Source of the DNA: a virus
Lineage: Duplodnaviria; Caudoviricetes
Direction: 5' to 3' (one strand)
Length of the DNA: 37,936 nt
Virus record (IMG/VR): IMGVR_UViG_3300049173_000140
Coordinates: 1-37,936 of that record
Numbering within the stretch: the first letter of the stretch is position 1; each line of letters starts with the position of its first letter. This document shows, piece by piece, positions 26,502 through 34,099 of this stretch. Position numbers and translations under genes: made by a program. Under the pieces are notes generated by a model. The model was not told where the DNA came from. It ran no database searches and was given only the letters and a program-made list of their open reading frames with translations.

Positions 26502-27287
26502 TCATTCGCCCACCAGCTTTCGAACGTGATAGCGGATGCGCCGCTCGATGTACGGCTGAAGGTCCGCACGCTCGGCCACGCGCTCGCGACTGATGCGCGA
26601 TGCGTAGGTGCCGCCATGCACAAACATCAGCACGGGCCGCACGATGAACCCGTCTTGTCCCGTCGCAGCCCAGATGCCAGGCGCGAGGTGCCGTGTCGAG
26701 TCGCCGCGCAGATGACCATGGGCCACGAAGAAGCGCACGCCCTCCCGGTCCTTGGTGCCCTTGTGCAGACGGGCCTTGCGCTTGTCCGTCATGTTGGCCC
26801 GGTAGCCCTGCTCGCCCATCGCTTGGAAGTAGGACAGCAGGCGCACGAGGAAGCCGCCGCGTACGTTGCCACGCCCGTCATCGCTGCCGGGAAATGGCGT
26901 GGCAGGGATGGCCGTCTGATAGCCAGCGGGCAGGATGCCGATGCGGCGCAATGCCGCCTCGCTGCGTTTGTCTCGACGTGCACCGCCGAACTCTTGCGCC
27001 TGCAGGATCTTCTGCGGGTCCACGCCCTTGCCGCCGAAGTAGGTCGGCTCAATCTCGACGGCCAGCCGCTCGGGCGTGGCCTTGCGCACGTACACGCTCT
27101 TGAGGATGTAGGGCGTGGGGCGGTCGAACTGCTCGCGCATCTCGCGCTGCCACTCGCGCCGCGCACGAAAGCCGCCATCGCTCAAGCCATCGGCATAGGC
27201 TTGTTTGGCCTGCTGGCCCGAGAGCTTGGCGAGCTGCGCCTGCACGCTCGCGAGGCCGGCACCATCGAAGCCCACCGTCACGCGCAT
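26502..27287 (-). CDS. Phage hypothetical protein (possibly tail-completion-like), 261 aa
   Basis: GGGGAGG RBS; overlaps the rep gene end; FDRPTPY motif; basic. Confidence 0.75.
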   Translation of the reverse strand: MRVTVGFDGAGLASVQAQLAKLSGQQAKQAYADGLSDGGFRARREWQREMREQFDRPTPYILKSVYVRKATPERLAVEIEPTYFGGKGVDPQKILQAQEFGGARRDKRSEAALRRIGILPAGYQTAIPATPFPGSDDGRGNVRGGFLVRLLSYFQAMGEQGYRANMTDKRKARLHKGTKDREGVRFFVAHGHLRGDSTRHLAPGIWAATGQDGFIVRPVLMFVHGGTYASRISRERVAERADLQPYIERRIRYHVRKLVGE

Positions 27288-28201
27288 ACCGCCTCCCCTG
27301 CCTGCTCGGCCGCACGCCTCACCCTCGCGGTGAAGGCGAGATAGGTTTCGCCGCGCCCGACCGAGAAGGCCGCTTCGTCCCATGGTGCCAGGCCCAGCGC
27401 ACGCGCCTTCGCATCGATGCCGCTGCGCGTCTCGTGCCATGCGCCAGCCGCAGGGGCAGACAGGGGCGCGCGAGGCTCGTCTCGCCACCGTTCATTGCGA
27501 AGCCAGGTGGCGAACTCGGGCACGAACTCTCCGTCGTCCTTTGTCCACCTCTTGCTAAGCCTTTGGGCCTCGATGGCCGTGCGCATCGCTTGCTGCTGCG
27601 CAGCGGTGGGCGCCATCCGCCGGTATCGACGTTCGGCCTTCAGCCGGTTGTCGTGGTTCGGGTAGATCGCAAAAAGCTCATCGAACCCGCTCGCCCCCCC
27701 GCCGGGGGGTAGGGGGGATTGGTTCATTGATGGTTCTGAAGATTCGGGTGTCATAGCTGTGACACCCCTCTCGTCTCCGGTGACACCCCTCTCGTCCGTG
27801 GTGACACCCCTCTCGGGCTCTGAGACGGGTGTCAGATTGACACCCGTGTGGATAACTTCGGCTGGCGGCGCATCGTCGAGGGGTGTCAAATTGACACCCC
27901 TCTCTGGCGGCGGCACTTCGCCGCCTTCGATCCACTCGGGGCAGATGCGGTATTCGTTGGTCACGCCCGGCCGGCCGGTCGCCGTCTTGACCTGAATCAG
28001 CCATCCGGTCGCCACCATCCGGCGGATCTGCCGCTGGACGCTGCTGCGGCTCTGCATGGTCTTGCGGGCCAGCTCATCCACCGAGGGCCAGATGCGCCGG
28101 CCGTCATCGCTGGCGTGGTCGGCCATCGCGAGTGCGAGCAGTCGCTCCATGCCGCCCGATGGATAGCGGTCAAACACCATCGACATGACTTTGATGCTCA
28201 T
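27278..28201 (-). CDS. Phage replication initiator (N-terminal winged HTH, O-like), 307 aa
   Basis: LLALAMADHASDDG..IWPSVDELARKT.QSRSSVQR; FDELFAIYP; ATWLRNERW; internal iterons. Confidence 0.88.
   Translation of the reverse strand: MSIKVMSMVFDRYPSGGMERLLALAMADHASDDGRRIWPSVDELARKTMQSRSSVQRQIRRMVATGWLIQVKTATGRPGVTNEYRICPEWIEGGEVPPPERGVNLTPLDDAPPAEVIHTGVNLTPVSEPERGVTTDERGVTGDERGVTAMTPESSEPSMNQSPLPPGGGASGFDELFAIYPNHDNRLKAERRYRRMAPTAAQQQAMRTAIEAQRLSKRWTKDDGEFVPEFATWLRNERWRDEPRAPLSAPAAGAWHETRSGIDAKARALGLAPWDEAAFSVGRGETYLAFTARVRRAAEQAGEAVCA
27746..27904. repeat. Replication origin iterons with a DnaA box
   Basis: TGACACCC(CTCTC) at 27760, 27781, 27802 (21-bp period), 27838 and 27892. Inverted GGGTGTCA at 27746, 27827 and 27881. 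TGTGGATAA at 27847-27855. Confidence 0.85.
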
Positions 28202-28241
28202 GGCGTTGTGCGCCCTCCCCGGCCTGGTCGATTCGCTTCGT

Positions 28242-28772
28242 TCACGCCTTCGGTTCCTCCCGCATCAAGCCGCGCAGCATCGCCAGCGCATGCCCCACGC
28301 TGGCGACCGTCTCGGCCGCGTGGTGCTCCGCCTTCCGCATCTGGTTGCGCGAGACGCCACCCGCGCGGCGCGTCAGCGCTTCGCCGAGGGCCTGCACGTA
28401 GTCGGCAAACTCCATCTGCAAGCGCATCAGGGTATCGAGCGGGTCGCCCTCGGAGTGCGCCGGCGTCGAGCGGATGCAGACGTGTCCCAGCTCATCGGCC
28501 ATGGCGTGCAGGATGCGGTAGTCCCGGCTCTGCCACTGCATTTCGATGGCGTCGCGCAGCGTGAGGTGGTGCGTCGTGTTCTGCAGGTTGACTTTGTGCG
28601 TCAACGTGTTGGGGTTGTGGCCCATGCGCTTGGCAAGGGCCACGATGCCGCCGTCGTAGCCGTGCGCAGTGTCGTAGGCAGCGACGGCCGCATCGTGGCC
28701 GTGCAGCTTGTCGGGCACGGGTTCATCGGCGCCATAGCCGTGCGCCTCGTCAATTGAGATAGTCGTTCTCAT
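28242..28772 (-). CDS. Phage regulatory CII-family protein, 176 aa
   Basis: YDGGIVALAKRMG..PNTLTHKVN...THHLTL, D.RILHAMADELG; GAGG RBS; between cro and rep. Confidence 0.8.
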   Translation of the reverse strand: MRTTISIDEAHGYGADEPVPDKLHGHDAAVAAYDTAHGYDGGIVALAKRMGHNPNTLTHKVNLQNTTHHLTLRDAIEMQWQSRDYRILHAMADELGHVCIRSTPAHSEGDPLDTLMRLQMEFADYVQALGEALTRRAGGVSRNQMRKAEHHAAETVASVGHALAMLRGLMREEPKA

Positions 28773-29067
28773 GCAGACCTCAGTAAAAGTCACCCCCGAC
28801 ACCGCGGAAGCGGTGACCGCCCCCACGCTTGCGGAGCGCATTGATGCGATCGAGCAATTCCTTCAGCAGCTCGTGCTCTTGCTGGAAGTCGAGCCGGCTC
28901 TGAATCGCGAGACCGTCGCCGCGTGGATCGAGATAACAAACAGCAGCGCCAGCGCCCACGGGCTGCAGTCGGCACGCGAGCGCGCAGCGATGGAGCAGCT
29001 TTGCACTCGCGTTCTGAACTTTCCGCTCGACGTGGAAAGAGCAACGCCGGCAGCGCAGCCGTCATGA
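28771..29067 (+). CDS. Hypothetical helical protein, antisense to the early operon, 98 aa
   Basis: Amphipathic helices (LAERIDAIEQFLQQLVLLLE); composition unlike a shadow ORF; RBS weak. Confidence 0.55.
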   Translation: MQTSVKVTPDTAEAVTAPTLAERIDAIEQFLQQLVLLLEVEPALNRETVAAWIEITNSSASAHGLQSARERAAMEQLCTRVLNFPLDVERATPAAQPS

Positions 29068-29299
29068 ATTCGCCCGTAGCCGCGGCATCGTCTATCGCGA
29101 CTGAAGTGCCAGGCCCGCCACCAGAGGGACGCGGCTCAAGAGGTAAGGTCGCACCGGCTGGATCGGCCGGCGGATCACGTCGGGTCGAGTCAAACCGCAC
29201 CGCGATGCGCAGGATGCTGAACACCTTGAGAATCCTGACGGCCTCGTGGATGCGGTCGAGCACGCTCAAGTCCCGGAATATCGCCGCCCTATCCTTCAT
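28790..29299 (-). CDS. Hypothetical protein, 169 aa (C-terminal half antisense to 28771-29067)
   Basis: ATG overlaps the upstream gene end. N-terminus MKDRAAIFRDLSVLDRIHEAVRIL looks protein-like; the C-terminus looks like a shadow frame. Confidence 0.35.
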   Translation of the reverse strand: MKDRAAIFRDLSVLDRIHEAVRILKVFSILRIAVRFDSTRRDPPADPAGATLPLEPRPSGGGPGTSVAIDDAAATGEFMTAALPALLFPRRAESSERECKAAPSLRARVPTAARGRWRCCLLSRSTRRRSRDSEPARLPARARAAEGIARSHQCAPQAWGRSPLPRCRG

Positions 29300-29522
29300 G
29301 CGGACCTTTCGCGCCCAGTTTCTCGCGCGCCTCCCGCAGGAAGTACGAGGCGTACTCTGGGTCTTCGTGAATGCGGTCGTGCTCCGCAAGCAGATCACCA
29401 TTGGGATGGAAAATCTGAAGAACGTCCCGGCGCAGTTCGCCCTCCCCGCGCTGGCATTCAACGAGGACCACCTCCGCAACCCTTACAGAAAATGGCGGCA
29501 TAGCGCATGGCAACGAACTCAT
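29289..29522 (-). CDS. Small phage hypothetical protein, 77 aa
   Basis: VVLVECQRGEG...VLQIFHPNGDLLAEHD beta pattern; ATGA overlap with the upstream ORF. Confidence 0.6.
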   Translation of the reverse strand: MSSLPCAMPPFSVRVAEVVLVECQRGEGELRRDVLQIFHPNGDLLAEHDRIHEDPEYASYFLREAREKLGAKGPHEG

Positions 29523-29815
29523 GGCCCGAGATCCTTTCGACGTGTGATGAAATTGAACGGTTGCTCGACGGGGCCGCACCGGTTGCAGACTCGGCTCGTC
29601 TCAACCGGATCACCTTTTTGTGCGGATACCTGGGCACCGACTCCTACATTCGGGAGAAGGCGAATCGCTTGGCATCTCGCGCCACGATCTACTTCAGTGC
29701 CAGGCGCCATGCCAGTGAACAAGGCGGCGCTGCTGGTGTCATGCAGGAGATGCGCTATCGGTTGCTCTCCTCCATTCGAGAACAGGCCAACTGGCTCGCA
29801 CGCAGCCAGAGTTAA
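29507..29815 (+). CDS. Hypothetical helical protein, antisense to the early operon, 102 aa
   Basis: WPEILSTCDEIERLL, YIREKANRLASRATIYFSARRH; protein-like composition. Confidence 0.55.
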   Translation: MATNSWPEILSTCDEIERLLDGAAPVADSARLNRITFLCGYLGTDSYIREKANRLASRATIYFSARRHASEQGGAAGVMQEMRYRLLSSIREQANWLARSQS

Positions 29816-29914
29816 CTCGGGGTGCCTTTCGGCACTGCCGAAAAACCGTTCGACCTCGTCGGCCACAACAGACGACATCAGCGCCGCATCGCGGGAGCCG
29901 CGCACTCTATTCAT
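29519..29914 (-). CDS. Hypothetical ORF coupled to cro, 131 aa
   Basis: GGAAGG RBS; start overlaps the cro end; stop overlaps the next ATG; mostly antisense to 29507-29815. Confidence 0.4.
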   Translation of the reverse strand: MNRVRGSRDAALMSSVVADEVERFFGSAERHPELTLAACEPVGLFSNGGEQPIAHLLHDTSSAALFTGMAPGTEVDRGARCQAIRLLPNVGVGAQVSAQKGDPVETSRVCNRCGPVEQPFNFITRRKDLGP

Positions 29915-30176
29915 GTGCACCTTCCCCGACCACACGCGCGCCCTCGCCTTGCGCAACGGCCTGTGCGCGCAACACATCCCATGCGACGTCAGGCCGAAGC
30001 TCTTCGCAGCGCACGGCACCAGAGGTCAAGCGCTCAATGGACGGGCAATGCTCAGCGGGCACGCGCCGCCCTTCGTCTTTCCACTGACCAACGGCGGCCT
30101 TGGTAACGCCGAGCGCATTCGCAAGTGCGGTTTTGGAGCCAACAACTTTTGCAGCTCTGTCGACGGGGTGTTCCAT
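29907..30176 (-). CDS. cro: Cro-like repressor (YdaS family), 89 aa
   Basis: GSKTALANALGVTKAAVGQW, VPAEHCPSIERLTSGAVRCEELRPDV; divergent from cI. Confidence 0.9.
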   Translation of the reverse strand: MEHPVDRAAKVVGSKTALANALGVTKAAVGQWKDEGRRVPAEHCPSIERLTSGAVRCEELRPDVAWDVLRAQAVAQGEGARVVGEGAHE

Positions 30177-30202
30177 GCTTGATCCTGTGGCAGCTTCCGC
30201 AG

Positions 30203-30270
30203 AGTCTAGTATTTCTAGACAATCAGTTCAAGTATTACTTGCCTCAAGAGGTCAAGTTTTTCTTTACGAT
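30203..30270. promoter_or_regulatory. OR-like region: three operators, cro promoter and cI promoter
   Basis: Operators TCTAGTATTTCTAGA (30205), TCAAGTATTACTTGC (30228), TCAAGTTTTTCTTTA (30252). Minus-strand TTGAAC-N17-TAGACT. Plus-strand -10 TACGAT at 30265-30270. Confidence 0.8.
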
Positions 30271-30276
30271 CAAGAA

Positions 30277-30948
30277 ATGGAGTTGAAAGACTGGGTGCGC
30301 GCTGCCCGAAAACACAAAGGATGGACGCTTGAGCAGCTTGGCGACGCCATGGGCCGGAGCAAGGCAACGGCAGGGTTTTGGGAGAACGGGAAAACCGCTC
30401 CCAGCTTTGTGCAGATCCAGAAGATCGCAGAGGTCACCGGATACCCCCATCCGTTCGGCCGGGAGAGCGCCGGCACGCCGCCGCCGCCGAACGAGCTCGC
30501 CCCACAAATGCCTGATGGAGCAATCCTCGTTGACCCAACAAAGCCGCATCGCATATGGGTTGTCGGCAAAGGCGCCGGCGGTTTTTCAGAGCGAATTTGG
30601 AGCGATGGAGACCATCCAGTGGGGGCAACGGATCAATACGGGCTCGTTGCGAGTACAGACCCTCACGCCTTCCTCGTGGAGGTTTCCGAAGAAAGCATGG
30701 TTCCAAAATACACCCCTGGCGATTTCGCGCTGGTAGAACCAGGGACGGTGCCTGAACTGGAAGACGATGTGCTGGTGCGGCTGACCTCCGGCGTCACGAT
30801 GATTAAGCGCCTGCTTTCGCAGCGCGGCGCTTACCGGTTTGGCAGCTACAACACCTCGGTGGTGCTTCACTATCGGTTTGAGGATGTGGACTGGGTCTAT
30901 TACATCGCGCATCCGGTGCCACGACGAAAGATCACCTCCCTCTGGTAG
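30277..30948 (+). CDS. cI: CI-like repressor (XRE HTH + S24 peptidase), 223 aa
   Basis: RAARKHKGWTLEQLGDAMG...WENGKTAP HTH; ESMVP catalytic Ser and IKRL catalytic Lys. Confidence 0.92.
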   Translation: MELKDWVRAARKHKGWTLEQLGDAMGRSKATAGFWENGKTAPSFVQIQKIAEVTGYPHPFGRESAGTPPPPNELAPQMPDGAILVDPTKPHRIWVVGKGAGGFSERIWSDGDHPVGATDQYGLVASTDPHAFLVEVSEESMVPKYTPGDFALVEPGTVPELEDDVLVRLTSGVTMIKRLLSQRGAYRFGSYNTSVVLHYRFEDVDWVYYIAHPVPRRKITSLW

Positions 30949-30974
30949 CAGCGACAACTCAGCACCATTTTTTG

Positions 30975-30997
30975 AGCCGCCATCAGGCGGCTTTTTT
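30975..30997 (+). terminator. Rho-independent terminator after cI
   Basis: AGCCGCC-atca-GGCGGCT followed by a T run. Confidence 0.85.
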
Positions 30998-31015
30998 CTC
31001 GCCAAAGCCGTCACG

Positions 31016-31078
31016 TCAAGAAATACTTGTCACTTAGCTAGTTTTGCTTGACTCGATAAGTCTAGTTATTCTAGACTT
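31016..31078 (+). promoter_or_regulatory. OL-like region: three operators and early promoter
   Basis: TCAAGAAATACTTGT (31016), GCTAGTTTTGCTTGA (31037), TCTAGTTATTCTAGA (31061); TTGACT-N18-TAGACT. Confidence 0.8.
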
Positions 31079-31119
31079 CGATCCGAGCGCTGCATCCCGC
31101 AGCCACCTTGGAGATGACG

Positions 31120-31314
31120 ATGGCGAAACTCCCCGCGACGCGCAGCTACCGCTGCTTCTTCGTTCCCCGCGATGGCCTCGGCCACCTCGCCCCCTCAGAC
31201 ACCGGCGCACGCCCCTTCGTCCAATTAAAGGCCGCGAATGCCGAAGCCGCCCTCATAAGCGCACAACACGTCACCGGGTGCCCGATCTCTGAAGTCGAGC
31301 GCATCGAGGGCTGA
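31120..31314 (+). CDS. Early hypothetical protein, 64 aa
   Basis: GGAGA RBS; first ORF after the OL promoter. Confidence 0.7.
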   Translation: MAKLPATRSYRCFFVPRDGLGHLAPSDTGARPFVQLKAANAEAALISAQHVTGCPISEVERIEG

Positions 31315-31318
31315 CGCA

Positions 31319-31669
31319 GTGGCCCGCGCTCAAATCAACCACGCCACCGACAGCCGCGCCGCATCGCGCCACGCGGCCACCAGCTCGGCGCGCGTGGACA
31401 TCTGGATTCGCACTATCGGTCGGCGCCGCCAGGCGTTCTACCGCTGCAGCGCCGCAGGCGTTGCCAACTGGCAAGCCATGGGCGTGCCGCTCGCCAACAA
31501 GGCGCTGAGGCTCGGCAGCATCAGCTTGCCCCGCATCTCCGACGCGACCGTCGAGGCCTACACCGAAGGCGCACCCGCGCATCCGATGGCGGTCGAGTTC
31601 GCCGAGCGCGCACGCGCGCTTAACGGCGAAATCGACGCCATCAACGCCGCCGCACGAGGTGGGACATGA
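31319..31669 (+). CDS. Early hypothetical protein, 116 aa
   Basis: GAGG upstream of GTG; stop overlaps the next ATG. Confidence 0.65.
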   Translation: MARAQINHATDSRAASRHAATSSARVDIWIRTIGRRRQAFYRCSAAGVANWQAMGVPLANKALRLGSISLPRISDATVEAYTEGAPAHPMAVEFAERARALNGEIDAINAAARGGT

Positions 31670-31866
31670 ACGCGCCCGTTCGTCGCACCCCCGCAGCCAA
31701 GGCACTCGCCCGTGCGATGAAGTCAGCCCAGGAGCGCGGCCATATCAGTTGGCACTACGTGGCCGGTTTCCTCTCGGCCGAGCACCCGTCACTCTCGAAG
31801 GAAATCGAAGCCTTCGAACGTGCGCGCATCGATGCCCTGCTCTCGACAGCAGGAAGTGCAGCCTAA
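31666..31866 (+). CDS. Early hypothetical protein, 66 aa
   Basis: GAGGTG RBS; ATGA and TAATG overlaps. Confidence 0.65.
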   Translation: MNAPVRRTPAAKALARAMKSAQERGHISWHYVAGFLSAEHPSLSKEIEAFERARIDALLSTAGSAA

Positions 31867-32138
31867 TGGCCTTCCTCTTCCGCTGTCCCGAGTGCCGCAC
31901 GCGGCGGCGCAGCCATGGCCTGTTCACGCGGCACCTGCGCGAAACCGGCCATCGTCTGTGCCGGTGCGGCGGATACCACTACGAGCACCGCCCGGGTTCG
32001 CCGTTCTGCGAGCGCAACCCCATGAGCGCGGCGCTGCTCGCGAGCCGCTACGGCGCCTCTGACGAAGAGGTGACCGACATCGCGCTCGAAATCGTCCTGA
32101 CCACTCGCGGGCGCAGTGCCCTGCACTGCCCCTTCTGA
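31866..32138 (+). CDS. Cys/His-rich (zinc-binding) small protein, 90 aa
   Basis: CPEC-x12-H-x5-H followed by CRCGGYHYEHRPGSPFC; TAATG overlap. Confidence 0.7.
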   Translation: MAFLFRCPECRTRRRSHGLFTRHLRETGHRLCRCGGYHYEHRPGSPFCERNPMSAALLASRYGASDEEVTDIALEIVLTTRGRSALHCPF

Positions 32139-32147
32139 AAGGCCGGC

Positions 32148-32309
32148 ATGCGCTCGACCTCATTCCAAGAAACCGGCGTTGGCCTCATGAGGACATCGCC
32201 CGTCAAGCCCGTCCCGGGCTTCCTCGCGACCGCTGCCGCGCTGGCGGTCTTCATCGTCCTGCCCATCGTGCTCGCCGCGATGTGCGTCTACGGCTGGAGC
32301 ACACCATGA
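32148..32309 (+). CDS. Small single-TM protein, 53 aa (or 40 aa from 32187); not in the ORF track
   Basis: MRSTSFQETGVGLMRTSPVKPVPGFLATAAALAVFIVLPIVLAAMCVYGWSTP; stop overlaps the next ATG. Confidence 0.6.
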   Translation: MRSTSFQETGVGLMRTSPVKPVPGFLATAAALAVFIVLPIVLAAMCVYGWSTP

Positions 32310-32473
32310 TCGTGATCGTTTCCCCTCGCCCACGGCGCCCCAAGCAGCCGCAACGAACCGGCCCCGTTGGCGGCCTCATCGACAGCCGCTTTCAGTACAC
32401 GCCAAGCCTCGCCACCGACATTCGCAAGACCTTCAAGCGCATCCGCGCCGAGCAGCGAGGGGCGCGGCCATGA
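32306..32473 (+). CDS. Early hypothetical basic protein, 55 aa
   Basis: GGAG RBS; FQYTPSLATDIRKTFKRIR; ATGA overlaps at both ends. Confidence 0.65.
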   Translation: MIVIVSPRPRRPKQPQRTGPVGGLIDSRFQYTPSLATDIRKTFKRIRAEQRGARP

Positions 32474-32811
32474 CGACGACAACGACCGGCGTTTTCTTCG
32501 TCGGCAAGGACCGCCCAGGGCGCCCCGCCGTCAGCGAGCACAAATCCGATGCGGGCGAGTTCGTGCTGAAGATGCGCCTCATCGACAACCAAGGTCCGCG
32601 CGCCGTTGAGGTCTATGTCGTGCGCTGGATCGGCCCCGCTGCCGCCGCGTGGCGCGCCCAGCACCGCGACCTCAAGGCGGGCGATGCGCTGCGTCTGGAA
32701 CTCGCGAATCCGCGTTCGATGCCAGGTGCACAAGCGCCAGAGATCCACGCGGCCATCAAGGCGTGCGAGCTGCTGCCCGCACGCGCCCCCGCCATCGCCC
32801 AGGCCGCATAG
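32470..32811 (+). CDS. Hypothetical protein, possible OB-fold/SSB-like, 113 aa
   Basis: Beta-strand pattern with VVRWIGPAA...LKAGDALRLE resembling SSB (V..WG..AE...LKKG..V.V). Confidence 0.6.
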   Translation: MTTTTTGVFFVGKDRPGRPAVSEHKSDAGEFVLKMRLIDNQGPRAVEVYVVRWIGPAAAAWRAQHRDLKAGDALRLELANPRSMPGAQAPEIHAAIKACELLPARAPAIAQAA

Positions 32812-32841
32812 CGCCGCGGCATCACTCACCCAAAGAACACT

Positions 32842-33039
32842 ATGCCCTTTTCTGTTACCCCGCTCGCGACCATCGAGCACGAAGCAAAGGCAGCGGCCGA
32901 GCGCGGCGAGACGCCGAATGAAGCCTGCCGCTATCCCTTCGATGACCCGGCCGGACAAGCCTTCCTCCGCATCTACAGCGAGCACCGCGACGCTCTGCGC
33001 GCCCGCGCAGCGCATCACTCATCGGAGGACGGCGCATGA
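32842..33039 (+). CDS. Early hypothetical protein, 65 aa
   Basis: AKAAAERG...ACRYPFDDPAGQAF; stop overlaps the next ATG. Confidence 0.65.
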   Translation: MPFSVTPLATIEHEAKAAAERGETPNEACRYPFDDPAGQAFLRIYSEHRDALRARAAHHSSEDGA

Positions 33040-33752
33040 CGTGGATGCTCACCAGCACGGGCGCCGAATACCACCTCGCCGGCCCGGGCGCACTCGCCGC
33101 AAACGGTCGTCCCGTGGACATCCGAGACGTAGCCCACCACCTCGCCATCGTGAACCAGTTCAATGGCGCCACCACGCGCCCGTACAGCGTCGCGGAGCAC
33201 AGCCTGCTGTGCTGCGACATTGCGCGGCACGCCGGCGCCTCGGTGTTCGTCCAAATGGCCGCGCTGATGCATGACGCACATGAGGCCTACACCAGCGACC
33301 TCATCAGCCCGGCAAAGCTCGCCGTGAACAGCTTCAGCATGGGCGCGGGCAGCATTGCCGCGTGGGCGCTCTTCGAGGCCGAACACGCCAAGACGGTTCG
33401 CGAGCACTTCAAGCTACTTTCGGTGTTCGCCGGCCACAAGACCTTGCTGCGCTCTATCGACTTGCAGGCGCTTGCTACCGCACGGCGCGACCTAATGCCA
33501 TTTGATCCGGCGCGACATCTGCCATGGGCGGTTCTGGGCGACAACACGGTGCAACCCATGGCACCCGCCGATTGGATTCGCCTCGACACGCCCGAGCGCG
33601 AAGCAGCGACATGGAAAGAATGGCGCGAGCAGTTTCGCAATCGCTTTCTCGAGTTGCAGGTGCAGCGCAATCTCGCGGGATTGGCAGCGACAAATACGGA
33701 AACTGCCTCTCGTCACTCGGTGGACTCGCAGGCAAGGAATAAAACCTCATGA
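33036..33752 (+). CDS. HD-domain phosphohydrolase (YfbR/YfdR-like nucleotidase), 238 aa
   Basis: DIRDVAHHLA...FNG, YSVAEHS, ALMHDAHEAYTSD, conserved D in IDLQALAT. Confidence 0.85.
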   Translation: MTWMLTSTGAEYHLAGPGALAANGRPVDIRDVAHHLAIVNQFNGATTRPYSVAEHSLLCCDIARHAGASVFVQMAALMHDAHEAYTSDLISPAKLAVNSFSMGAGSIAAWALFEAEHAKTVREHFKLLSVFAGHKTLLRSIDLQALATARRDLMPFDPARHLPWAVLGDNTVQPMAPADWIRLDTPEREAATWKEWREQFRNRFLELQVQRNLAGLAATNTETASRHSVDSQARNKTS

Positions 33753-33836
33753 GTCCGCCCGAATTCATCTCAACAACGCCTTTCCCCGCGGTGTATGCAT
33801 CGCGCATGCCAACCTCAATCAAGAATCGGAAAACTA

Positions 33837-34028
33837 ATGAACGAAAAACTTCTCGTCCCCGCGGTTGAAGCCGCGAAGATGCTGTCCATAGGCCGCTCCA
33901 CTTTCTGGAACAAAGTGAAGCTGAAGCAACTCCCGCAACCGGTGAAATTCGGGGGCGTCACCCGTTGGCGCGTATCGGATCTTCGCGCCATTGTTGATGC
34001 CCGAAGCGATCCGGAATCGGCGATCTAG
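33837..34028 (+). CDS. AlpA-family DNA-binding protein, probable excisionase, 63 aa
   Basis: EAAKMLSIGRSTFW...LPQPVKFGGVTRWRVSDL. Confidence 0.85.
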   Translation: MNEKLLVPAVEAAKMLSIGRSTFWNKVKLKQLPQPVKFGGVTRWRVSDLRAIVDARSDPESAI

Positions 34029-34099
34029 ATCGAGCCAGACTTATACGTCACGCTGAGGTTTTCTCGTCGGTGCTCAATGATTGAATAAATGGATGACGA

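Noticed and set aside
27746-27904. Regularly spaced repeats as a possible CRISPR array
   Set aside because: 21-bp period with spacers of about 7 nt, inside a replication gene, no cas genes; these fit iterons.
28923-30182. 419-aa plus-strand ORF across the cro region
   Set aside because: Shadow-like composition, opposite cro and other better-supported genes.
30100-30276. Longer cI start given in the ORF track
   Set aside because: It would run through cro and the operators; the HTH begins right after the ATG at 30277.
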